Assembly: GCA_054600435.1 (NCBI GenBank)
Contig: BAAIJX010000046.1
Coordinates: forward strand, 1-64,000
DNA from: Neophaeotheca triangularis
Lineage: Eukaryota
Direction of reading: 5' to 3'
Length of the DNA: 64,000 nt
Below, piece after piece: positions 11,456 through 22,992 of the stretch (position 1 is the first letter of the stretch; every line of letters starts with the position of its first letter). The notes below the pieces were generated by a model. The model saw nothing but the letters and a program-made list of their open reading frames with translations, ran no database searches and was not told where the DNA came from. A program made the translations under genes and the position numbers.

Positions 11456-14381
11456 GGTCTTCGGAAGAATCAATGTTGTTTTTCTTAATTGTCGCGGATT
11501 GTTCACGCTCACGGTCGCTGAGCGCGGCGAAGATGGAGGTAACAACTTTTGGCACAACCCCGCGATTTCTGTCACGGAGGCTTTAGAGATCACGTGCCAT
11601 TATAGTATACCTTCCCCTTCCAGTAGCTACAGCGATGACTTCGATGCAATGACTTGAAGGTAGAACAAACTTCATGTACAATATTCACAAACATTGTTCG
11701 ACGCATTTCCTGCTATGCGTGGGCTAGGAACCCTACCACGACCTATTCAGTGCTTGCTAAACAACCACACTGCCTCTTACTTATTAAGACCTAACGAGGT
11801 CACGAGAGACATACAGATCCGACTACGCAGTGAGCCTTGTGCCACGCCCAACCTAGCTCAAGGCTTACGGGATGATCATAATGTTTCCGTACAAGGTCCA
11901 CACTGCACTAACAGTGATTGCTCTTACAACATGAAAAGCCCAGTACGCTACGGCAAAGGTCACCATCGTCGATTGGCGGAGACCAGCGAGCCAACCAAGT
12001 CTCCAGCGGACGTGGTGGCACGACCTTGTTAGCAGGGTGAAGGCACTCTTGCTTTCACAGGCAGCCAGCCGTTTCGTCCATACAGTCGGGAGCTGACCAT
12101 TGGACCACCAAATCGCTCATCCACGCCTGACGTGGACCTTTTTTTGCTAGGTGAAGAGCAGACTCGGTGCCGAGCTTGGATGCGATCCCTTCGTCGCGCC
12201 AGTGGGCGACACCAGTGATTGATCAACTTCCGGCAAGCGATAATCACGCAAGGTCGTCAAAAACTGGATGAATTGATATCGGCGGCTCGGCGTCGTGAGC
12301 TAACATAGGTTTCGAGTAGAAGGCAGGCCGCAGCAACGCAGTGAAGCGGCTGCTCGAGCCCGCTCCGAAGACGCCATTGGTATCGCGTTCCGTACGACTT
12401 CATGGTCTCTCTGACTGGTCGGAGCTCAGGGCGCAATGATGCTCGAACGCGTTGCGCAGCGCGCTTTCGCAGCTCCTGGCCCCCACAGATACTGTACCTA
12501 TTCTTTGTGCTTCCATTACCCGAGCTCGAGCGTTATCGTGCTACGTTGCTCGATACGAGGGGCAATGCTACTGTCGAGGTACATTATGCGTGGGGCAATC
12601 GAGCAAAGATAAGTCTGCAGTCGAGTGTCGTGGGAACCGTACGTAGGGCGGTCATCTCGTTGAGACGCTCGTTGTCCTCACGGCAAGCATTTGAGGCAGC
12701 GGACGAGTACCACGTGTCGGCGCAGGCATGAATCTAAGGGCGAGAAGAGGAGCAGAATCGAACGCAGGGTTCAACGATAGTACACAGGTACGGATGTGCG
12801 TTGAGCACGGTTGAGCTTTGAGGCCTATGAGAATGCCTGCGTGGGAGTTTTCTGCTATTGGGCAGTGCTTGGAATTTGTTGGCAAGGTAGCTCGAAAAGT
12901 ACCTCCTAAGCGAGCTCTGCCTGTCACCCCTGCAAAGCACCAGAATAATGGGAGACTGGGGCCGGTGCCTGGCGAGGGGTTTCATTGCATGGCCCAACAA
13001 CCCACAGAGGACGTCTTTTCTAGCAACAGCCGTCATGCGGCATGCTCTTCAAGGTGAGCTTACTTGGCGACGAACGGCCTGGTCCGGGAGATTCCAGTTG
13101 TATGACAGGAATGAAGGCAATTTTGCCTCGCTGCATAGTCGGATGGCGTGCGTGATGCTGAGTGTAGGTACCCGTACGCTCCTCGGGGAGCACAATGTCA
13201 GCTGAGCAATGTCATGCAACGAAGAGCAGACCCTCCGGCGTCGGAACAGCAGGCCGCATGATGCTGAGGTGCCAGTTGCCTACTTGCCTACCTAACCCTT
13301 CCCAGCAACGCGGAGCATTGAGACGACGTGTGAGACTTTGCAGAAGATTATTATTGTCTCTCAACAAAAGCCCATGGAAGACGAAGATCACCGCGGCCAA
13401 CAAGATGCTATGGTTTTTTGTCTAACTTATCATCTCGCAGGCTGTCGGAGCAGGAGCTGAACGGGTTCGCGCGCTTAGCGAAAATTTTTGATGGCTTTTC
13501 CGTTCGGGAGATGGACATCCTGCAGCCTCCGCAAGCTAACCCAACAATCTGGGCTCGAATAGGCTTCGACATGTCGCAGGGCGGGCGGCAGGACTTACTA
13601 GTACAACTAGTAGTGAAAGAGATTTGTAGAGAGGGGACTTTGCCAAAGGCAATCTTGCTAGTCACGTTTAGTCCTGCCGAGAAGCTGTTGTCTCGTGGGG
13701 ATGTGGCGTGAACTAGCATCCCACTCGAGCGCGAAACTAGGACCACGTTCACCTGCAGTTTCTGTTCTGCTCTGCGAGTTGGTTTCGGTTGCGGACAGGT
13801 GCATGCATGACCACCACCACTCCACCACTCCACCACTCCAAGCCTGCGCCATGCTCGCTGATGATTTGCTGCAAGGTCCAAGGTCATTATTGTGTGCCTG
13901 AGAGCCCCCCTCCATCATGTTGTTACCTTATTATTCATTAGGTATATATCTTTGTGCCAGACCCTGCACTTCCCACCTTTCCGAAGCCCGCCTTTATATG
14001 AGACTACTACCTTGCTACCTTACCTACCTAACCTAACCTAACCTAACCCTTCGACCTTTTTGCACCATCATCACTCCTGAGCATGCTATAAATCAGACCA
14101 GACGACATTGAGACAATTACCCACAAGACCACTATCAAGGTGTCTGCCATTCCGTCTCGCACAGTCTCCCTCACGGTCCGTCGTCCGAGCACGCAACCTA
14201 CGGTTGACAGCATCAGCCCGTGCACTGTATGATTCATCAGCACGCCTTGTTCGAACAATTTCACAACATCGACTCATCCATTGAGGTTGTCATCTCCTTC
14301 GACAAAGTATAAGAAAGGAAGCCCTCGTACCGTCGTATACCTGACATTCCTTTCCACCAACAACAAACCCGATACACAACC

Positions 14382-14789
14382 ATGGACTGCTTCCAAGACT
14401 TCTGCATCGCCTGCGACAAGGCCACCTCCGACAGTCCCTACTGCTCCCAAGCCTGCCGGATGGCAGACCTCGAAAAGGCCTCTCTATCTGGCCCCCATTC
14501 ACCCACAACCTCGACAAAGTCAACATCCGGCTTCCACCTACCTGCTGCCTACGCATTCAGATCGTCGCCGTCCAGCCCTACCGATGATCAGCAATCTTAC
14601 TTTCCCGCTCAATACGAAAGCTCGCGGTGCCTCTCTCCCTCTTCGTCACGCTCATCGCTCTCCTCCAGTGCGAGCGGACAGGGCAACCAAGACTCTGGCA
14701 TTACTGAGCAAGCCCGTAAGGAACTCCGGGGCTACTTTAGCTCCTTCGACAAAACCCGACTAGCGAAGCGACGATCGAGCCTCAAGTAA
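14382..14789 (+). CDS. ECL1: Ecl1-family life-span regulatory factor
   Basis: N-terminal CxxCD...YCSxxCRxxD motif (FCIACDK...YCSQACRMADLE), Ser-rich middle and C-terminal ELRGYFSSFD. Confidence 0.8.
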   Translation: MDCFQDFCIACDKATSDSPYCSQACRMADLEKASLSGPHSPTTSTKSTSGFHLPAAYAFRSSPSSPTDDQQSYFPAQYESSRCLSPSSSRSSLSSSASGQGNQDSGITEQARKELRGYFSSFDKTRLAKRRSSLK

Positions 14790-15559
14790 TTCGACCATTG
14801 CATGTGGACGCTTAACGCGGTTCTTTCTCACGAATTGTCTCTTTGATCGGTCTCGCAACTCAGCTAACGCATCTCATCATTACTGGAGCATTTTATTTGC
14901 GGCGCATCTACGGACCTTGTCCATGTCACTTCTACTACTGGAGGCCCTACAGCACCAACTTCTTCAATGTACAACGAATTGCATACGGAACGGATCTTAC
15001 GGGGACTTTCGGCGCATGTATCAAAAATGGTCTGTCACGTCGGCGAACGACAAGACCCGGGATAGAGGGGCGATTGGGGGTGTTGGCGAGCATGGAAGAC
15101 TCTGCTCTTGTTGATGATCAACTGTTTCATTATGGAGGATACCCCTGCTTACTGCATTGTTTCTGCTGCTTACTATTCGGTACAGTGTCTGGAACAAGGC
15201 CAGCACTTTTTGGGTGGAGCTGATCAAACACGCTCCTGTGGGCTACAAGCTGTACTTTCGCTTCAAGGCCAAAGGCAAAGATGATGGTCATTTGGGTTTC
15301 TGTAGCCGACTACAATCACGGACACTGCATCGTCACCTGAAGCTCAATTTCAACGTCTCATCGACTTGCTCTTTCTTATCATTACGTCTCTCCTGACCTG
15401 CACCAATACGACTACCGAAATGTAGCTTGTAATCTTTGCTCCACACTTCCCTGTCATCATGCGCAGCACTAAACGCCGGTGGCGGGCTCTTCCCTAAGGC
15501 CCTATCACTATAATGTATCATTCATCCCACGTCGTTCTGTTCCACATTGCTACGAACTG

Positions 15560-16415
15560 CAGTAGCTCAAACAACCTCAGCCTACTAGCAACCCAAAAGC
15601 ACGGCGCCACCTTCGCCATCCAGCTCTTATCTCCAGCCTTTCGTCGCGCTAAAAGACAGCTGGGTCCCACTGCGAGGTAGGTACATAGTAGTTATATGCT
15701 GTGCCACTATCCACCACATCGAGGGGAGCAGCGAGAGCTTTATCACCAGCCAATACCGCCTTCGTCTACAATCGCCGCGACTCGGAGCCTGCTCCGCCAG
15801 CACCGTCGCCTGCTCTTGAAGATCCGGCCACAAAGCTCCCAACACATCAAAAGCGAGATAAGCAGCACAGCCTTCTCACAGCAGCCGCCCGAAGCGCGAA
15901 CAACCCGAGAGTCATGACAGCCACTCTCAAACCCGCCCTCCAAAGGCATCGCCCAACCCCTCACTCCTTGCCAAAACGCGCCTCCACCGACAATACAGTA
16001 GATGCTCGCTTGGCAACCTCCAGCTTTCCGCGCAACGACTCTCCTCTTCCTGCACCCGCGGGTGACGAGAGAGCAGACCAGGCACGGTGGTGCGGGGGCC
16101 AGGCGTGATTGGACTTGCGTCAAACCCCACACTCTTCCCGGTGCCACACACGCAAGAAACAAAGACGGTCCGGGGCGCCAGATCTGAAGAGAGGGGGAGT
16201 TTATTAATCATGTGGTAATCTATCCAAACTTTATTGGCTCTTCTAGAGTGTGTGACTGTGTGTCTTTGATGGGTGCTTTGCGGCGCGCCCTCTTGCCGGT
16301 TCGGCCGATGGCGTGATTGTGCGAGGCGGCTTGGTGGTATTGCCCAGTCGGGTAGGCGCATACCTTTGGAGTCTGTTCTGGTTGTCTATCGGAAGGCATT
16401 CTTGCTTTTTCACTC
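15560..16415 (-). ncRNA. Unidentified large structured RNA candidate
   Basis: Many nested complementary segments. Their mismatches are G-U wobbles on the minus strand (see findings). No credible ORF; lies in a 1.9 kb gap between convergent genes. Confidence 0.55.
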
Positions 16416-16686
16416 AGCGCGGCTCAGAGAAGTCATGAGAGTCATTATGATCAGTCGAACGGGACGGACATCGTAGGCGCGGCCTCGCGTTGGAATTTGG
16501 ACGCCGGTAACTCTGCTGCAAAACTTACTTACATTACAATCTTCAGACGAGGCCTTTTCAGAGAGCGCAAGTGATACTGGAATAATGATTCGCGCATTGA
16601 TCGAATCGAGTGCAACTGATGATTTACAAGCCCATTTTGAAACGCAGTAGCAACCAGCTGAGGTCAACGACGATTCATCGAGTAGT

Positions 16687-18288
16687 CTACAACTTCGCCC
16701 GAGCAATACTAGTCCGAGCACCTAACCTTCTGCCTGTAGCATAAGGATGCCCTTCGCCCTTTGAAACAAGATGGTCCAGGTCCAGCGTGCTGACGAGGCC
16801 TGGATGACACTGACTGAGATCGGTGATGCCGATCAAGGCCATTGCTGTTGTCAATTCTGTTTTCAGGATCTCGACAAAATGCTCGATGCCTTCTTCGCCG
16901 TAGTTCAGCGCGTAGAGGAATGGTCGGCCCATTCCGACCGCTGTTGCGCCCAAACAAAGAGCCTTGAGGATATCGGCGCCGCGCCTCACTCCGCCGTCGA
17001 TGTAGACTTCGAGTTGTGCGAAGATGGAGGGGCAGTTCATCTGGCACTCGAGTAGGGTCATTATTGCTGGTGGCGAGCTGCAGATATGAGTGGTTAGTAA
17101 ACATCTTGTTTCACGAGAGTGTTGTTACTCACGTATCGAGGTTGCGGCCACCGTGATTACTGAGCAAGACGCCGTCGAGCCCAGCATCTGCACACATCTT
17201 TGCATCCTGCCAACTCTGCACGCCCTTGACGACAATCTTGCCATCCCAGTGCTTGCGAAGCCAGGCGAATTCTTCCCAAACGAAATCCGGCGCTATGTAA
17301 CCGCCCATGACCCTCCCCAAGCCTCCGCCATGCTTATCGTTGGTTGCCTTGGCCCCGCTCATAGGCGAACTGAGGCTCTCGTCCGCCTTGACACGCTCAT
17401 CTGCCTCTCGCTTGCCCTGCGTGGGCCCGTCCACAGTCACGAAGACAGTATCAATGCCTAAACTCCGCACGTATCGAAGCAGTCCCTCAGACTTTGTACG
17501 CTCCTTGTTGACGTAGAGCTGGAAGAAAAAAGGATGGTTGGCGTTCTGGGGTACTGAAGGCACAATCTCCTCAATGGGGAAAGATGCGTTGGTCGATACG
17601 CATTGCGGTACCCTGTTCGCGAGGCAACCCCGGGCAATGCCCTTTTCGCCTTCAGGATTTACCATCCGTGCCATAGCGGCAGGCGAGACAAACAATGGCA
17701 GCCCTATTTCATGGCCGAGCATTGTGCTGGTGGTGGAAACGTTTCGCACATCCCGCAAAAGCCTGGGTCTGAACCATATCCGACCAAAGTATTCTTTGTT
17801 TCGATCCCTTGTCAAACAGTTTGTGTCGGCTGAAGAGTAGAATGCCCACGTCTTCTTGCTAATTGTCCTTTCCGCAATGTCTTCGAAGTCTTGAGCGTTT
17901 ATCACGGCAGAAAGGTCAGGCTTCTCGTTCAGTTGGAGCTCAGGCGTGGTGCCTGGAGGTGGGCGTGACCAGTCCTCTTTAATTGTGCTCTTGTCTACCA
18001 CGCCTTTGAGCTTCGAGGGGTCCAACGTCTTGACTATGAGCGATGGGGCGTGGTTCTCCGAATAGGTTGTCGTTGCATCGCGGCCGGCGTGCTTCCAGAT
18101 GACTGAGTGCATTGTAAGTAGTTGTAACAATCTGCCCGATTTATGTCACACCCACCTTGACCACCACCAGGATGCTCAGGCGCATAGTCCGTAATGTCCC
18201 AGACGTTGCCGTCGACGACAATCCAGCAGTCTTCAGGTGTAGAGTGTTTCTGGATCTCGTCCACGGAAATCGGCGTGTCTTTAGCCAT
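16687..18288 (-). CDS. CYB2: Flavocytochrome b2-like FMN-dependent alpha-hydroxy acid dehydrogenase, 3 exons
   Basis: Cytochrome b5 domain (DCWIVVDGNVWD, HPGG), FQLY, catalytic SNHGGRNLD and DGGVRRGADILKALCLGA. Introns at ~18103-18155 and ~17079-17132. Confidence 0.9.
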
Positions 18289-18575
18289 TTTCAAAGAGCT
18301 GGGTGTGTCTAATGGAGGTCCCTTTCAACCTCCGTCTGTACATGTCGAGTGCTAAATCTGCCATGCTGCCGCCTCTGAATGAAGTGTTGAAAGGTCACTG
18401 AACGAGACGTCGGCATAGCATCCGACTCTCGCTGTAAGTCATACCGAGGATCGTCGAGTCTATTTGAAGCAAGGAAGGTTAGACGATACGATCGACTTGA
18501 CCTTCACCACAAAGCTTGGCAAGTTCAGTCCGCCTACACATATACATCATATCAAACTTCAAGTCTTCTTCACCT

Positions 18576-19780
18576 ATGCTTTGGCGTTTGGCGCTGCGTA
18601 ATACTCTTTCGTTCAAGATACCTCGTATCTCAACTGCACTCAGAGTTGGAAGCCTCGGCTCCAGAACGATGAGTACAGACACTCCGCCACAAGATCCCCT
18701 GACGGCCGGGCTTAATGCGATTCCAAATGGCACCGAACAGCAGCCTTTACGATATGTGGATGTACGTAGAAGCACAAGTCTCTTCCATGTTAGACATGCG
18801 ACTGACCGAAGGCCAGCTAGATCGGCATCAACCTCACCGATGAAATCTACCGCGGTGTCCACCGTGGCAACAAAGCCCACGAAGACGATCTGCAGCAAGT
18901 GATCGAACGAGCCATGGCCGCTGGAGTTCGCAAGATGATGGTCACGGGCTCCGATCTCGACGAGAGCAAGAAAGCCGTTGAACTGGCTAAGCAGTATCCC
19001 GGCCTCTGCTACGCCACCGTAGGCGTACACCCTTGTGCTTCCAAGTCGTTCGATTCGTATCCTGCCGGCCCCGACGCTCTTCTGCAAGATCTCAAAGCTT
19101 TCGCACAAGCTTCGCGAGATGCGGGAACGGCAACTGCTTTTGGCGAATTCGGGCTGGATTACGATAGATTGCATTTCGCCGACAAGGAGACGCAGCTCAA
19201 GTATTTTGAGAAGCAACTGGACATCGCTGTGGATCTCGAGATGCCCCTGTTCCTGCATTCCAGAGCGGCTGCCTCGGACTTTGCCGCTCTTCTCCGCTCA
19301 AGACTGGATCGTCTACCCAAGCGTGGCGTCGTGCACTCCTTCACCGGCACTCTCGAGGAATTACACGAGATTCTCGAACTTGGTTTCGATGTTGGTATCA
19401 ACGGATGCAGCATGAAGACCGAAGAGAACCTCGCCGTCGTTAAGGAGGTGCCTTTGGACAAGCTGCAGATCGAGACGGATGGCCCGTGGTGTGAGATGAG
19501 GCCCTCGCATGCCGGCTCCAAGTATCTGAAAGATGCCCCTGAGCTGCCCAAGGCGGTCAAGAAGGAGAAGTGGAGTCCAGAGGCGCTGGTGAAGGGGAGG
19601 AACGAACCGTGTACTATATCGAACGTTGCTTGGGCGGTCGCTGGTATTAAGGGACTGCCTGTGGAGGAAGTTTGCGAAGCGTGAGTAAAGGCCGTTCTGA
19701 AACGCTCGGAAAGATGTTAACAATGTTGCAGGGCATGGAATAACTCGGTGCGCATGTTTGGCTTCGGTGTGTCAAAATAA
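18576..19780 (+). CDS. TatD-family Mg-dependent DNase, 3 exons
   Basis: After splicing (intron ~18762-18820): YVD-IGINLTD, TVGVHP, GEFGLDYDR, PLFLHSR, VVHSF, IETDGPWC, GRNEP. Last intron ~19681-19731. Confidence 0.93.
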
Positions 19781-20047
19781 GCAGACGGTGGCACGGAATA
19801 CATGATAGAAGCATTTCAGACTTTCACTATCTAAGGACTTCACTGGCTACAGCTGGTGTGTTGCTGCCTTGAACGACCCTTCAACCGTACTCATTCAAGT
19901 TTTCGAAGGATTCTGCTTGCATTGAGTAATCGATCCCGCAGTGTCCTTCAGCTGACAAAGTTGGGAATACACAAAAGAGAGCACTGCGACCGCCTCGTAG
20001 CGTCCGCAATGTTCATCTAATGTCGTGAGCTGAGGTCTCGGAAAATC

Positions 20048-21291
20048 TCAATCGATCTCGATGAACTCCGGTTCGTCGATCTCTCCTTCCTCCAGCGGTT
20101 CTGGGGCAATGATGACCTCGTGAAATCCCTCTCCGTCCTCATCGAGCTCAAGAACGATAGTTCCGGCGCTCGCGCGAGCCTTCTTACGCGGGCCTTGGTT
20201 GTCATCACCGCGCTCGCGCTTGACACTGGCCTTGGCCTCATCCTGGCGCTTTTGCTTGTAAGTACTAGCAGGTGTGTTTGGGTGCTTGATTTATCCTACC
20301 TCATACGCGGCCAGACGCAGCTGCATATCCACAATCTCCGCTTGGGACAGATTACCAGCTTGGCGGAACGCGATTTGGCGGTCCGCGAGCGGCTCCGGGC
20401 TGGGCGTGCGAGGGATGATGAGTAGGGCCTGCAACGAGGCTTGTATGACTGTCAGCTTGTCCTGGCTTACGATGTCGCGGGGCTCTGATACCCTTCGAGC
20501 GGTACTTGAAGACGAAATTGCCGGCGAGGTTGGGTCGGCAAGCAATAGCCTCGATTTTGCGGATGCGGTTTCCCCTTGGTGGCTGCCCGTAATCGACCAC
20601 TTTGTCCCCGAAGCTAGTATGTTGCCGTCAGTATAACTCCACAAGCAAGCACTGCCAGACTGAACTAGCTAACCCGATGCTGTGCGACAGAGCTTGGCCT
20701 TTGACATCCTTTTCCGTGACGGGGCCGACGGGTTCTGGCATGTCGAGGCGAGGTGCTTGCTTCATTCCATTTCCATCGCGCAGTCCGCCATTTGGGTTGC
20801 CAGCGCGGTTCGGAGGGTCGTGGTACGTGAGATTGCGGTGATATAGCTTGACGGAGATCTGACCCAGACGAGTAACTACACGATCTTGCTGGTGCGCAGT
20901 CTCATCCTCTTCAGCTAAGTCGTATTAGTGGCTCGTAATTGATATCTGCAGATGAACACTAACTGAAGTCGAGCTCCGAGAACACAAATAGCTTCCTGTG
21001 GCTATCGGAAATGCGCACGCCAGTGAAGATGCGCGTGCAGTCTTCGTGTAGGTTCACCTTGCCCACCCTGTTGCCGTCCACGGTGAGCTCAGCCTGGATG
21101 CAGTTGCCGTACATCAGAGCACCTGGGTAGACGTTCACTCTGACTAGAAACGTCTTCCTAGAGTGTGCTTGGATGTAGCGGTTCGCGGTGAGAGGATCTT
21201 CGGTGAGGTCGTCGTCGCGGTATTCTTCGAGATGCAATCCATCTATCTCCACGGTGACTTCGATGCCTGGCGCGGCATCAATGATCGCCAT
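20048..21291 (-). CDS. Uncharacterised fungal protein (DUF7918-like), paralog A, ~5 exons
   Basis: PGIEVTVEIDG..LEEY, RYIQA, VTEKDVKGQALSH, FVFKYRS and LQALLIIPRTPSPEPL. Four introns reconstructed by eye. Confidence 0.75.
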
Positions 21292-21783
21292 GGTGGTAGT
21301 TGTGATTTTGATACCGGGGTTGGATGTTCTCGGTGGCTGGATGTTGCCGCGTTGCGGAAAGAAGGATGTCTCTGCTTAGCCAGTGGACACGGAGTCAAGT
21401 GCCCTTGCCTGTAGTGAGGTGAGGTGAGGTCGGGTCAGGACAGGCCAAGTGAGATTGGCACTGCGGCTGCCTTCAACACTAACGGTGTTGCAGGCGTGGA
21501 AGGAACAACTCAGGGTTACGGTGCGACTATACCACTTTGACGTGTTATGATAAAACTCCTAAGTACGGAAATAGATAGATAGGAATATTTGTTGATTGAT
21601 ACTTGTTAAATATGCCATCAATCACAGCCTGTCCATCGCCGCCAAAGAGGCTTTGGTCGCCTTGACCCTTTCGTGACATCCTTTCTGAGCACCGATGGTC
21701 ATTCTGCTTTGTCCCTCTGCTGTAGCAAGATCATCAAAGAAGCAGCCTGAGCCGAACTTGCGCTAGCAGAGTTTCAGGACAAT

Positions 21784-22992
21784 TCAATCGAGCTCAATGA
21801 TTTCCTTTCTCTTCGCCAGACCGAGAGACGATGGGGGAGTCTCACGGAAGCTACCACCGTCATCGTCGAGCTCGAGTTCGAGCTGTGTAGAGCCGGTGCT
21901 TGGTCGTGAAATCTTACGCCGACGTGGGTTTTCGTCAGCGGCCTCTCGCTTGGTCTCTCTCTTGATGTCGCGCTTGACTTCTGGCTTGGGTTTGGTCCTC
22001 ATCTGGCTCTGTTTCCATGCTGTATTAGCTATCATGAAGTACTCGATGGTTGTTACTATTTCACTGACCTCTAGTGCCACCAGGCGCTTCTGCATTTCCC
22101 GGATCTCCGCTTGCGATAGGCTGCCTGCCTCACGCCTCTCGAGGGACTCAGGTGTTGGCGCACGAGGGATGATGAGTAGGGACCGGAGAGCAGCTGTAGG
22201 TTTGGTTAGAGTTGCCTCAATATTACATTGTGGTTTTCTCTTACCATTTGAACGATATTTGAACAGATACGTCGCTGCTGGGCATGGCTGGCCGCATACC
22301 TCTTTCGTCCTGCAACCATTTGTCTTAGTGGTCTTGGTTCCACCGTACCTGTGATTCTCCTGTTAGCAGAGCTATCGTTGCTTTCTTGTCGGTCCCGCAG
22401 GGCGATTGACTGACTCTACAGTATGAGATATTGCCTCTCCTTTCAGCGCTTTCTCAGAAAGTACCCCAACCGGATCAGGTGTTGTTTTGTTCTTGAACTT
22501 GCTTATGCCAGTTATGTTACGATGCTCAATGGCCACCCCAATGACACCAAGTTTCTTGACGACCTCGGCTTCTTTGTTGAGGACTTTGCCATCACATGCT
22601 GTTTCGAGTCAGTATTCGTGCGGAATCGGTGGTCGGGAGCACTTACCCAAGTCTAGCCCCGAAAACATGAATTCTTTCACCTCGGTACCCGAGACTAGGA
22701 AACCCTCGATGGATGCCATGATGGGTGTCCCAGACTTCTTGGGCTTATTTATCAAACGTTGTTGCGCTGAATGACCATCAACTTCCACCGATACCCGGTA
22801 GTTGTTGCCGTGGAATTTGGCATGCTTGTTCACTTCCACTTTGAGAATGAATCGTTTGCCAGAAACAGCTTCCACATATCGAGTGATTGTACGTGGCTCC
22901 TCCTCAAGTTCCTGATCCGTGAATTCTTTGAGTGGCTGCCCGTCTACCTCGACTGTCACCTCCACGCCAGGCAAGGCATCCGTCACTGCCAT
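21784..22992 (-). CDS. Uncharacterised fungal protein (DUF7918-like), paralog B, multi-exon
   Basis: PGVEVTVEVDGQPLKEF, RYVEAVSG, EKALKG, LLIIPRAPTPE. Similar exon organisation to the adjacent copy. Confidence 0.75.

Noticed and set aside
11700..13950. Many 60-160 aa ORFs in the SWC4-ECL1 interval
   Set aside because: No motifs or consistent exon structure; most likely divergent promoter DNA.
14005..14050. CCTAA-type repeats ending in CTAACCCT as a telomere seed or telomerase template
   Set aside because: An ACCT/ACCTA promoter microsatellite; only one CTAACCCT and no surrounding structure noticed.
15670..15705. snR30/U17 identity for the structured RNA (ACAGCA H-like box, AUGUACCUA resembling m1)
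   Set aside because: The m1 match is imperfect at rRNA-pairing positions, and no AAACCAU m2 motif was found.
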